A DNA stretch of 64,000 bases from NCBI GenBank assembly GCA_963805085.1, contig CAWDTA010000005.1, positions 672,001-736,000 on the forward strand, given 5' to 3'. Both the position numbers and the translations under genes were made by a program. Positions 10,930 through 20,127 of the stretch are shown here, in pieces. The DNA is from an uncultured Veillonellaceae bacterium (GTDB taxonomy: Bacteria; Bacillota; Negativicutes; JARBTT01). Position 1 is the first letter of the stretch. Every line of letters starts with the position of its first letter. Below the pieces are notes generated by a model. That model had not been told where the DNA came from. It did no database searches and saw nothing but the letters and a program-made list of their open reading frames with translations.

Positions 10930-12050
10930 ATGGCTGAGAAAAAAAGTCTATCAAGTCATGGCAATGAGATAGTTGAAAAGCTATTGAATAAAGGTAAGAA
11001 ACGCGGTGGCGTTCTTACGTATAGTGAGATTATGGATGCATTTCAAAGTGAGGATTTATCACCAGATGAAATCGATGATTTGTATGAAGTTTTTACAAGT
11101 AAAGGAATTGAAATCGTCGATGAAATAACTGAAAATGATAATTTGGATGATTCGGATATAAATGAACTTGATAGCAATTCTCAAGATGAAGTTGACATAG
11201 ATTTAAGTATTCCTGAAGGCATTAGCATTGATGATCCAGTTAGAATGTATTTAAAAGAAATAGGTCGTGTGCCTCTTTTGACTGGTGAGGAAGAAATATG
11301 TTTGGCAAAACGTATGGAAGAAGGCGATGAAGAAGCAAAGCGCGTTTAGCAGAAGCTAACTTACGACTTGTTGTTAGTATCGCGAAACGATATGTTGGAC
11401 GTGGTATGTTATTCTTGGATTTGATTCAAGAAGGAAATTTGGGCCTAATCAAAGCTGTAGAAAAATTTGATTATAATAAAGGATATAAATTTAGTACGTA
11501 TGCTACCTGGTGGATTCGTCAAGCGATTACGAGAGCAATTGCTGACCAAGCTAGAACCATTCGAATTCCTGTGCATATGGTAGAAACCATCAATAAACTG
11601 ATTCGTGTTTCACGTCAATTGTTGCAAGAATTGGGCAGAGAGCCAGCTCCAGAAGAAATTGCTAAAGAAATGGATATTAATGTAGAACGTGTTCGCGAGA
11701 TTATGAAAATTGCGCAAGAACCAGTATCCCTCGAAACTCCAATTGGTGAAGAAGAAGATTCACATTTGGGCGATTTTATTGAGGATCAGGATGCACCAGC
11801 GCCAGCGGAAGCAGCTTCTTTTATGCTTTTAAAAGAACAATTAGAAGAAGTACTCGATACACTAACTCCACGAGAAGAAAAGGTGCTTAGACTAAGGTTT
11901 GGTTTAGATGATGGACGGGCTAGAACATTAGAAGAAGTTGGTCAAAATTTTGGTGTTACCCGTGAACGTATTCGTCAAATTGAGGCAAAAGCACTTAGAA
12001 AATTACGTCATCCAAGTAGAAGTAAAAAATTAAAAGATTTCTTAGAATAG
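10930..12050 (+). CDS. rpoD: Primary sigma factor SigA/RpoD, with a 1-nt frameshift at ~11344 (probable sequencing error)
   Basis: Regions 1.1/1.2 ([12 protein letters not shown]) lie in ORF 10930-11349 and regions 2-4 in the next frame; one extra C in AAG CGC GTT TAG restores [19 protein letters not shown]. Confidence 0.93.
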
Positions 12051-12070
12051 TATTCTAAGAAATCTTTTAA
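12030..12070 (+). terminator. Perfect 20-bp-arm palindrome overlapping the rpoD stop codon (probable terminator)
   Basis: TTAAAAGATTTCTTAGAATA-G-TATTCTAAGAAATCTTTTAA. Confidence 0.6.
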
Positions 12071-12084
12071 AAAAATAAAATAGC

Positions 12085-12113
12085 TTGACGGATTATTATT
12101 AATCATATATAAT
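12085..12113 (+). promoter_or_regulatory. SigA promoter of the tRNA cluster
   Basis: TTGACG-17bp-TATAAT. Confidence 0.85.
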
Positions 12114-12131
12114 AATTTTTGTTGATAACGT

Positions 12132-12207
12132 TCCTTGATAGCTCAGTTGGTAGAGCAATCGGCTGTTAACCGATCGGTCGTAGGTTCGAGTCCTACTCAA
12201 GGAGCCA
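12132..12207 (+). tRNA. tRNA-Asn(GTT)
   Basis: Cloverleaf, anticodon loop CT-GTT-AA, GGTTCGAG T-loop, encoded CCA. Confidence 0.97.
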
Positions 12208-12221
12208 ATTTTAAAATTTAA

Positions 12222-12296
12222 GGGCCTATAGCTCAGCGGTAGAGCAACCGGCTCATAACCGGTCGGTCCCTGGTTCGATCCCAGGTGGGCCCACCA
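12222..12296 (+). tRNA. tRNA with CAT anticodon, most likely tRNA-Ile2 (lysidine-modified)
   Basis: GGGCCTATAGCTCAG...CCGGCTCATAACCGG; lacks the initiator GGG/CCC anticodon stem; Ile2-like acceptor stem. Confidence 0.9.
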
Positions 12297-12309
12297 TTTA
12301 TATAACACT

Positions 12310-12384
12310 GGCCCGTTGGTCAAGCGGTTAAGACACCGCCCTTTCACGGCGGCTTCACGAGTTCGAATCTCGTACGGGTCACCA
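12310..12384 (+). tRNA. tRNA-Glu(TTC)
   Basis: GGCCCGTTGGTCAAGCGG...CCGCCCT-TTC-ACGGCGG...ACCA. Confidence 0.97.
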
Positions 12385-12437
12385 AAATTAGCTAATAGAG
12401 CGATTGAATCTTAATTAGTAAGTTAATTAAGAATAAT

Positions 12438-12465
12438 AAAGGCTTCCCTTCTGGGAAGCCTTTTT
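12438..12465 (+). terminator. Terminator after the tRNA cluster
   Basis: AAAGGCTTCCC / GGGAAGCCTTTTT. Confidence 0.85.
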
Positions 12466-12648
12466 AGGTTCATTGACGGGATTTTGTGAGGTTTGAGCGT
12501 GCATAGTCCTTGCGTATCTGTATGATGTAATAAAAAGGGAGAACATAGTAATTGTTTAAAATAGCAGCCTGTCTTGAGGAATTTTGAACGATATCTTTAG
12601 ATGGATAGAAAATAGTCCTGCTTTAATAAAAAGATAGAAGCTGATAAT

Positions 12649-12691
12649 AAAAGGCTAGGAAGATGATCAGAATCATTTTCCTAGCCTTTTT
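12649..12691 (-). terminator. Terminator of the 151-aa exported protein gene
   Basis: AAAAGGCTAGGAA / TTCCTAGCCTTTT inverted repeat just past the minus-strand stop. Confidence 0.75.
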
Positions 12692-12707
12692 ATATACTGT
12701 AAAACAT

Positions 12708-13163
12708 TTAATTTTCATACAGCCATTCAAATATCGCTGCATATATTTTGCTTTCTACAGAGTCGGCGCTTACGACTCCTTTTTCCTCATCGGGTATCGT
12801 GACGACTAAGTTGTTGTTCGAATCAAAAAAACGATAATTTTTCGAAATTACAGTTTTAGTTGCTTGATTATATACAGTAGCGGAAATGCTGTATGTAATC
12901 TTGTTCCAGCTGGTAGTATCGTAGCTATCTTTGTACTTGCCTATTAGTTCTTGCAACCTAGTTTTTGATACTTCCACTTTTAAATCGGCGTTTATAATAT
13001 CGGAAGAACCGATTGTTTTTACGGTGTTTGTGTCGAAATAAAATGATGTGACGTCGTTTTTGTAGGCTAATTGCCAATTTGGCTGTGCGTTTTGTGCTGC
13101 GACGATCGTGCAGCACAACATAAATGCAAGCACGAATATAGGGGTTAGAAATTTCAGTTTCAT
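12708..13163 (-). CDS. Hypothetical exported protein
   Basis: Signal peptide, RBS AAGGAG; NWQL...FYFDTNTV N-terminal pattern seen in small secreted Negativicute proteins. Confidence 0.75.
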   Translation of the reverse strand: MKLKFLTPIFVLAFMLCCTIVAAQNAQPNWQLAYKNDVTSFYFDTNTVKTIGSSDIINADLKVEVSKTRLQELIGKYKDSYDTTSWNKITYSISATVYNQATKTVISKNYRFFDSNNNLVVTIPDEEKGVVSADSVESKIYAAIFEWLYEN

Positions 13164-13258
13164 ATATGTATGCTCCTTTAGTTAGTATTCAATTTCAGCG
13201 ACTTTTTGGCGCTTGGTTTAAGATTGACTTTGTTAATTTGCTTTAAATAAGGTGGTGT

Positions 13259-13906
13259 TTATTTGTTATCCTGTTCAATCGGGAATGGAGCGGTGACTGG
13301 AAACAGAAGGTTTTCGATATCTGCCTTTAAAATAGTCACAGCTGTGGAAATTTCACCTTTTTCGAGATAGTCAACTACAGCTAGATGTAGATCCATGGAT
13401 GCAAAATGTTTTTTATGTACGAAAAAAATCGTTTGGATGTTTAGGGCGTCTTCGAGAAGGTTATAAGCATAATGGTTTCCGTAAATAGAGAATAATTTCA
13501 GATGGAATTGACAGTTGTAGTGCCAGTGTGCCATGAAATCATTGTCTGGGCAGGCGGTGTAGTCTTCACAGATTGTTCGCAGTTCTTTGATCCAAGCTGC
13601 ATCAATATAGGAACAATAACTTTCTAAAAAAGAAGATTCCAAGGTGGAACGAAATTTAATAATTTCCAACAATTGCTGTCGACTCGGTTGAAGAATTTTA
13701 TATCCTTGTCTAGGGATACTTGATAAGATATGGGTTCCGGTCAATTGCGTGAGTGCTTCTCGTATAGGGGCACGACTAACTTGATATTTTTCCATCAAAA
13801 ATTTTTCGGTCAGAATAATATCGACAGGATATACTCCGTTGATGATATCAGAAAATAAGGCATTATAAACTTGATTCTTTAAGGTGTTAAGGTTGTGCTT
13901 TTCCAT
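13259..13906 (-). CDS. GntR-family (FadR/FCD-type) transcriptional regulator
   Basis: wHTH LTEKFLMEKYQVSRAPIREAL; FCD-like NxxFH...H metal motif; RBS AAGGAG. Confidence 0.9.
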   Translation of the reverse strand: MEKHNLNTLKNQVYNALFSDIINGVYPVDIILTEKFLMEKYQVSRAPIREALTQLTGTHILSSIPRQGYKILQPSRQQLLEIIKFRSTLESSFLESYCSYIDAAWIKELRTICEDYTACPDNDFMAHWHYNCQFHLKLFSIYGNHYAYNLLEDALNIQTIFFVHKKHFASMDLHLAVVDYLEKGEISTAVTILKADIENLLFPVTAPFPIEQDNK

Positions 13907-14117
13907 AAAAATATCTCCTTACATTGTTGCCCAATTATACCTGAAAAAGCAAGGAGAGTCAATATGAAGAGAGTAGAACCGCCTGAATAGTAGATGTAAG
14001 TAATACTTGTAATCATATCACGAAATCAGAAATAATCTTTTTGTTTTATAAAAATGTAATCTTTTTGCTTTAAATGTCATACTTTAAAAGAATACAGTGT
14101 ACAAATGCAGACACATA

Positions 14118-14146
14118 TTGCTTGTTTATAACCATCGTGATATGAT
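14118..14146 (+). promoter_or_regulatory. SigA-type promoter for the ATC-hydrolase/desulfidase genes
   Basis: TTGCTT-17bp-TATGAT with extended -10 TG. Confidence 0.6.
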
Positions 14147-14261
14147 TAGGACAAGTAAAATAGTGTAGTTATAAATGAATAAAAATGCTTTGTACTAGTA
14201 ATTGCAAGCATCTATACAATTATTTTGTGATCATATTATAAAGAAATGAGGAGAAGAAGAT

Positions 14262-14768
14262 ATGATTGGTAACAAAACTACAATTAAAGATGATTCGGTA
14301 ACGGACATTCAAAGAGGGGCAATCGGTCATCGTGCAATTTGGACAGGTCTGACTTATACAAAAGCTAGAGAAGCTGGTATGGCAGAAGCAATAGAAAAAA
14401 TTATTCGTGAGGCAATTGTGGAAACTGGTAGGATTCAAGGAGCTGAGATCAAGGCAGAATGCCAAAATCCAGAAAGTGTTAAGTGCTTTGCTGAAACTTT
14501 CTTGACACCGAATGTTGTAAAGACTTTTGAAATTGAATTTAAGAAAAAAAGTGAAGACAGAGTGGATATGGAGTTTCATCACTGTCCATTGTTGAAAGGA
14601 TGGCAAGACTTGGGGTTTGATGATGCAACTTGCGAGAAATTATGTGATATGGCTATGGATGGTGATAGAAATATTGCTAAGGCTATGGGTTTTGAATTTC
14701 ACTTGGGTGATACGATTGCAAACGGATGTAAGAGCTGCCAGATTGCCTTTTTCAAAGTAGGTAAGTGA
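14262..14768 (+). CDS. L-2-amino-thiazoline-4-carboxylic acid hydrolase family protein (V4R-like fold)
   Basis: HHCPLLKGWQDLG...LCDMAMDGD...DTIANGCKSC cysteine pattern; RBS GAGGAG. Confidence 0.8.
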   Translation: MIGNKTTIKDDSVTDIQRGAIGHRAIWTGLTYTKAREAGMAEAIEKIIREAIVETGRIQGAEIKAECQNPESVKCFAETFLTPNVVKTFEIEFKKKSEDRVDMEFHHCPLLKGWQDLGFDDATCEKLCDMAMDGDRNIAKAMGFEFHLGDTIANGCKSCQIAFFKVGK

Positions 14769-14797
14769 TCAAGCGTTGACAAAAGGAGAAAAATTCA

Positions 14798-16060
14798 ATG
14801 GATAAGATTCAATATGACAATTATATTAAGATATTAAAGGGTGAACTGATTCCAGCCATGGGATGCACAGAACCGATTGCCATAGCGTTTACTGCTGCAA
14901 AAGCGAGAGAGGTGCTTGGACAGACGCCTGAACGTATGGTTGTTCGCTGTAGCGGCAATATCATCAAAAATGTAAAGGGCGTTGTCGTGCCTAATTCTGG
15001 CGGACAAAAAGGCGTTGAAGTGGCAGCGATCTTAGGTGCTGTCGCAGGAAAGGCAGAACTAGAACTTCAGGTTATCAGTCAAGTAAAACAGGAAGATATC
15101 GAGCGGACGAAAACACTATACAACCAAGGCATTTGTAGATGTGAACTGGAAAAGGGAGAGGAAAATCTTTTCATACGCGCAGAATTGACCGCCGGAAAAG
15201 AAATGGCTGCTGTGGAGGTTAGAATTAAGCATAACCACATTGCTAGAATTGAGAAAAATGGTCAAGTATTGTTTGAGCAACCGGATATTGCAACACAAGA
15301 AGATGGAGATAAATCAAAGCTCAATATCAAGGATATTCTTCAGTTTGCTAATGAAGTAAATATAAAGGACGTAGCAGAAATAATCAGTAGGCAGATTAAA
15401 TATAATTCCGCCATATCTGAAGAAGGGTTGTCTAATAAATGGAGTGCTCAGGTAGGCTTGACTCTCTTACAATCCGGCACTGATGTACGGATCAGAGCAA
15501 GAGCAGCTGCCGCAGCAGGGTCTGATGCGAGAATGAGTGGCTGTGCGCTTCCTGTAGTCATCAATTCAGGAAGTGGTAACCAAGGAATCACCTGTACTAT
15601 GCCGGTAATTGTTTATGCTAAAGAACTGAATTCTGATGAAGATACCATTTATCGGGCCCTTGTTCTAACCAATCTTTTGTCCCTACATCAAAAACGTTAT
15701 ATTGGAAACCTGTCTGCGTATTGTGGAGCTGTATCCGCTGGAGCAGCAGCAGCTTGTGGTATTGCCTATCTGCATGGTGCTGATTATGATATCATTGGCA
15801 AGACACTTATCAATGCTTTGGGGAATGTCGGTGGCATTGTATGCGATGGAGCGAAGGCTTCTTGTGCCGCAAAGATTTCCAGTGCCGTAGATGCAGGAAT
15901 CATGGGGTATGAAATGGCAAGTCGCGACTTGGTTTTTCCTTTTGGAGAAGGTCTTGTAGAAAAAAGTTATGAAAAAACAATCCAAAACATCGGGCGTGTA
16001 GGTCGTGATGGCATGAAATCTACTGATCTAGAAGTGCTTAATATCATGATAGGAAAATGA
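14798..16060 (+). CDS. L-cysteine desulfidase-like protein (CyuA/YhaM, UPF0597; serine dehydratase alpha family)
   Basis: PAMGCTEPIAIA, SDARMSG, SGSGNQG, LSAYCG, CDGAKASCA motifs. Confidence 0.88.
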   Translation: MDKIQYDNYIKILKGELIPAMGCTEPIAIAFTAAKAREVLGQTPERMVVRCSGNIIKNVKGVVVPNSGGQKGVEVAAILGAVAGKAELELQVISQVKQEDIERTKTLYNQGICRCELEKGEENLFIRAELTAGKEMAAVEVRIKHNHIARIEKNGQVLFEQPDIATQEDGDKSKLNIKDILQFANEVNIKDVAEIISRQIKYNSAISEEGLSNKWSAQVGLTLLQSGTDVRIRARAAAAAGSDARMSGCALPVVINSGSGNQGITCTMPVIVYAKELNSDEDTIYRALVLTNLLSLHQKRYIGNLSAYCGAVSAGAAAACGIAYLHGADYDIIGKTLINALGNVGGIVCDGAKASCAAKISSAVDAGIMGYEMASRDLVFPFGEGLVEKSYEKTIQNIGRVGRDGMKSTDLEVLNIMIGK

Positions 16061-16108
16061 TGCTGATATTTTGAGTAGTAGCCTGAGTATATGTTTGTTT
16101 TGATGTAA

Positions 16109-16147
16109 AAAAGCCGTTTTTCACACCTGTTCTCTAAAACGGCTTTT
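16109..16147 (+). terminator. Terminator after the desulfidase gene
   Basis: AAAAGCCGTTTT / AAAACGGCTTTT. Confidence 0.65.
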
Positions 16148-16340
16148 AAATTTTAGAAAAATAATAGGTGTTAATAAAATATTTATCTTCAAGGGAGAAG
16201 GAGCTAGGATAGTATCCGTTTTAACAGACGAATCTAAACCAAGCAGTTGGATAAGATTCATTAAAAACTGAATATTTAGAATTATCGGCAAATTAAATAG
16301 AAATTAGCTTGTCTAGATTAAATAATAAGGAGTGGTAAAA

Positions 16341-17432
16341 ATGGAAAAAGAATCAATTAGTCTTAAAAAAGTAGTACTTCTTGCAGGTGCATTGTGTGCC
16401 TATTGGATTGGGTCTGGATTTGCAACCGGACAAGAGGTTTTGCAATTTTTCACAACAAGTGGCACAAATGGTATTATAGCAGCATTGATTTTTCTAGTGT
16501 TGATGAGTTATCTAACGTATGCATTATATGGAATAGGTCAAAAAAAGAAATTTGAAAATCCATATGATGTTTTTGAGTATTATTGCGGTAAAGTGATCGG
16601 TCAAGTTTATGTATGGTATAGTGTTTTGTTGGTCTATGCTATATTTGTAGTTATGCTTGCAGGTGGTGGTGCAACGATTCAGCAATATTATGGAATACCA
16701 GCATATATAGGCACCGGGGGGATTGCGCTTTTGGCATTGGGGACAACATTACTAGGAGTGGAAAAGGTTATCGACATAATAGGTGTTATCGGACCTGTTA
16801 AGATTATATTCGTGGCAATTGTAGGAATCGCGGGGATCATTACTCTTCTTGGACAGCCAACGTTATTGTCGGAAGCTAGCAATCTTATGCCGACGTTAGG
16901 GTTTAAATCGGCTTCTTCAAATTGGGCTTGGTCAGGAGCGCTATATGCCTTTCTTGCACTTATGGTTAGTATACCGTTTCAGGTTGATTGTGGAGCGTCG
17001 GCAGGAAGTGTAAAAGAAGCAAGAATTGCAGGTTTTGTTGGAACTGTTGCTTTTACTATTGCAATTATTTCACTTGTAATAGGTGAACTTGTTTATTATA
17101 AATTGATTGTTGGTCAACAAGTTCCTACGTTAGCTATTGCGAATCACATATCTCCTATGTTGGGATTGGTTTTTTCAGTGTTAATCGTACTGTCGATCTA
17201 TTCAGCTGTGGCTTCATTTCTTTTAATGACAGTTAGAAAGTTTGCTGCTGATAAAACTAGAAAATTTAAAATCATTGCAATAATCCTTACTGTTATTGGA
17301 ATGTTTTTTGGTGGGGTAATTCCTTTTGATAAATTGGTCAATATTTTATATCCTATAGCAGGCTATTCTGCTATTGTTTTCACAGGTTTTATGATATATA
17401 AAGATTTAAAAGAGAAGAATGAAAAAGCATAA
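16341..17432 (+). CDS. YkvI-like multi-pass membrane protein (putative amino-acid transporter)
   Basis: IGSGFATGQEVLQFF signature; about 10 hydrophobic segments; ATG after AAGGAG. Confidence 0.8.
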   Translation: MEKESISLKKVVLLAGALCAYWIGSGFATGQEVLQFFTTSGTNGIIAALIFLVLMSYLTYALYGIGQKKKFENPYDVFEYYCGKVIGQVYVWYSVLLVYAIFVVMLAGGGATIQQYYGIPAYIGTGGIALLALGTTLLGVEKVIDIIGVIGPVKIIFVAIVGIAGIITLLGQPTLLSEASNLMPTLGFKSASSNWAWSGALYAFLALMVSIPFQVDCGASAGSVKEARIAGFVGTVAFTIAIISLVIGELVYYKLIVGQQVPTLAIANHISPMLGLVFSVLIVLSIYSAVASFLLMTVRKFAADKTRKFKIIAIILTVIGMFFGGVIPFDKLVNILYPIAGYSAIVFTGFMIYKDLKEKNEKA

Positions 17433-17729
17433 CAAATTTAAATTTAGTTTTATATAGGGAGCCAATGATGATTGACTCGACAAATTAGAATGTGATAAAG
17501 AAACTTTATTTCTCAGTGTCAATGCCCGTCTGATTTTTTAAGGCGGGGTTCTTTTTTATAATTGACAAATTTTCTAATAAGTGCTATTATGAATACCGTG
17601 AACAATGATGTGGCTACTAGAAAGTAGTAGCGTCGTAAATGCAAAAATCAAAAATCCAGTATCGAAATTAATTCTATGTGAATTATTTTGTTCCGATCAT
17701 CGGTGAAGAGCAAAATTTATATAATGAAT

Positions 17730-17805
<76 letters not shown>

Positions 17806-17882
17806 TAAGTCATTGATAATGCAAAGCAGATGCTTTGCATTTTTTAATATAGCTTTCTAAATTTGTGTTTGGAGGTGTTAAT

Positions 17883-18572
17883 GTGAAGTTGGGAGCGAGG
17901 CTAAAAACGTTAGCAAGCTTTATTGAAAAAGGTGATATCGTCGCTGATATCGGTACGGATCACGCTTATTTACCTATTTATTTAGCAAGGCAAAAAATTG
18001 TTTCACGTGCTTTGGCTTGTGATGTGCATCGTGGCCCTTATCAGGCGGCAAAACAAGCAGTCGTCAATGCCAATTTGGCGGGGGTGATTGAAGTGCGCTT
18101 CGGTGATGGTATCACCATTATCGAGCCAGGAGAGGCTGACGTGGTAACGATTGCTGGTATGGGCGGAACGACGATTATTGATATTTTAAGTAAACGTTCA
18201 GAAACAACAGTTAGTTTGAAAGGCTTAATTTTGCAGCCAATGAATGCAGCAGCGATTCTACGTGAATGGCTAATAGCACACGGGTGGCAGATCGTCGATG
18301 AAGAGCTTGTAGTGGATGATGGGCGCTTATATGAAGTGATTTATGCAAAACAAGGTCATAGCACTATGCCGGAACCTGTTTTATTAGATATTGGTGCAAA
18401 GTTATGGGAAAAGCGTCATCCATTGTTAAAAGAACATATCGAGAGTCTCATCAGACAAACGAATCGTGCTTTACGTGGCATGGAAAATAGTGAATCCGCA
18501 GAAACAGCACCGAGGTATCAAGAGTTCAAAGAAAAAATCGCGAAATTGGAGGCGAAACTAGCATGCCTGTAA
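17883..18572 (+). CDS. trmK: tRNA (adenine22-N1)-methyltransferase
   Basis: ADIGTDHAYLP, IAGMGG, LILQPM; GTG start after GGAGGT. Confidence 0.93.
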   Translation: MKLGARLKTLASFIEKGDIVADIGTDHAYLPIYLARQKIVSRALACDVHRGPYQAAKQAVVNANLAGVIEVRFGDGITIIEPGEADVVTIAGMGGTTIIDILSKRSETTVSLKGLILQPMNAAAILREWLIAHGWQIVDEELVVDDGRLYEVIYAKQGHSTMPEPVLLDIGAKLWEKRHPLLKEHIESLIRQTNRALRGMENSESAETAPRYQEFKEKIAKLEAKLACL

Positions 18573-19681
18573 AATGTCAGGTTATTATGGATGCAATGGA
18601 AACATTAGCGCCACGTTATTTAGCAGAAAGTTGGGATAATGTTGGATTGCTTGTTGGTAGCCCAGCGCAAACTATCGCTAAGCTTATGATTTGCCTTGAT
18701 GTGAGTGAAGCGATTGTTCAGCGTGCGATAGCGCAGCAGGTGGATATGATTATTTCTCATCATCCGTTGATCTTTAAACCATTTAGAAGTTTACGGACAG
18801 ATTTAGCGCAAGGAAGGCTGCTTGCTGAATTACTGAAAGCAAATATTGCAGTGTATGCCGCGCATACCAATTTAGATACGGCTACTGGTGGGGTAAATGA
18901 TGTATTAGCACAAAAATTAAACTTACATAAAATTGAACCGTTAACCATAAGCTATCAAGAAGAGTTAGTAAAGTTAGTTGTTTTTGTACCGATAGAGTAT
19001 GCTAGTTTAGTGCAAGAGGCGATTGGCAAGGCTGGCGCAGGACATATCGGCAATTATAGTCATTGTAGTTTTCAAGTTGCTGGCAAGGGAAGCTTTCTAC
19101 CTTTGCAAGGAACTAAGCCATTTATTGGGAAACAAGGTGAACTGGAAAGTGTTGGTGAAGTTCGTATCGAAACGATTATGCCACAAAAAATAATCAATAA
19201 AGTAGTAAAGGCGATGTTGAAAGTACATCCCTATGAAGAAGTCGCCTATGATCTCTATCCGTTGAAAAACACGGGAGAAAAAAATGGTCTTGGTCGTATT
19301 GGGCAATTGGAAGAACCAATGCAAGCAGAAGAGTTCGCGAATAAAGCAAAACTTGCTTTGGATATTGCCCATGTTCGTCTTGTTGGTGAAAAACATAAAA
19401 TGATTAAAAAAGTTGCTTTATGTAGTGGCAGTGGTGCCGAATTTATTGGCAAAGCGGCTTATGCTGGTGCTGATATCTTGGTAACCGGTGACGTCAAATA
19501 TCATGAAGCGCAAAAAGCATTGGAATGTGGGATTGATCTGTTAGATGCAGGGCATTTTGGTACAGAAATGCCCATAGTAAAAACAGTTGCTGAGTATTTA
19601 GAGCAGTGCAATGCCCAAAAAAAATGGAATGTTGATATTTCCTATGATACGCTCAGTAAAGATCTATTTACTATTATTTAG
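18563..19681 (+). CDS. Nif3-like dinuclear metal centre protein (YqfO type, with PII-like insert)
   Basis: WDNVGL, HHPLIF, HTNLD, HPYEEVAYD, DAGHFGTE. Confidence 0.93.
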   Translation: MPVKCQVIMDAMETLAPRYLAESWDNVGLLVGSPAQTIAKLMICLDVSEAIVQRAIAQQVDMIISHHPLIFKPFRSLRTDLAQGRLLAELLKANIAVYAAHTNLDTATGGVNDVLAQKLNLHKIEPLTISYQEELVKLVVFVPIEYASLVQEAIGKAGAGHIGNYSHCSFQVAGKGSFLPLQGTKPFIGKQGELESVGEVRIETIMPQKIINKVVKAMLKVHPYEEVAYDLYPLKNTGEKNGLGRIGQLEEPMQAEEFANKAKLALDIAHVRLVGEKHKMIKKVALCSGSGAEFIGKAAYAGADILVTGDVKYHEAQKALECGIDLLDAGHFGTEMPIVKTVAEYLEQCNAQKKWNVDISYDTLSKDLFTII

Positions 19682-19749
19682 TAGAATAAAGGTTGACGGT
19701 TTTATATGGGGGGTATAAAATAAAGCTGTTACATCATATAAAAATAAAT

Positions 19750-19885
19750 ATATTGCAAGGGAGCTCATGTTATGGGCTGAGAGTGGACTGTAAGTACCTG
19801 ACCTTTAAACCTGATCGGGATAATGCCCGCGTAGGAAGCTAGGGATAAGTGCGCCTAAACCTATACGGGAGGCGTAATTTTTTTG
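19750..19885 (+). promoter_or_regulatory. TPP riboswitch with terminator platform
   Basis: GGGAGC...GCTGAGA...ACCTGATCGGGATAATGCCCGCGTAGG; hairpin GCGCCT/AGGCGT plus T-run; promoter TTGACG-17-TAAAAT at 19693-19721. Confidence 0.93.
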
Positions 19886-19925
19886 CCTTCCTTTCAGGCA
19901 ATATATGAAAACTGGAGGAAGGCAA

Positions 19926-20126
19926 ATGGAGATATCAGTAAATGGGAAGCCTGTAAAAATTGAAATTGCGATGAATTTAGCGCAATTTATTCAAAGCCGC
20001 GGTTTTAAACCGCAAACAGTGGTTATTGAGTATAATGGGGAAATTGTCAAAGCGCAGACGTGGGAAGGCATTGCTTTAAAACCACATGATCGCTTAGAAA
20101 TAGTTACATTTGTTGGAGGCGGCTGA
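19926..20126 (+). CDS. thiS: Sulfur carrier protein ThiS
   Basis: MEISVNG...EIVTFVGGG with C-terminal GG. Confidence 0.95.
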   Translation: MEISVNGKPVKIEIAMNLAQFIQSRGFKPQTVVIEYNGEIVKAQTWEGIALKPHDRLEIVTFVGGG

Positions 20127-20127
20127 A

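Noticed and set aside
10930-12050. rpoD as a true pseudogene or programmed frameshift
   Set aside because: Essential gene, single lesion, no slippery site; a sequencing error is more parsimonious
12099-12347. 82-aa minus-strand ORF (and the 60-aa ORF at 17678-17860)
   Set aside because: They overlap tRNA genes; shadow ORFs
12534-12590. RBS-like AAGGGAG followed by an 11-codon ORF (TTG-FKIAACLEEF)
   Set aside because: Too short with no supporting features; at most a decayed remnant
12385-17729. tRNA-targeted integrative element
   Set aside because: No integrase, transposase or duplicated tRNA 3' end found; treated as an accessory block only
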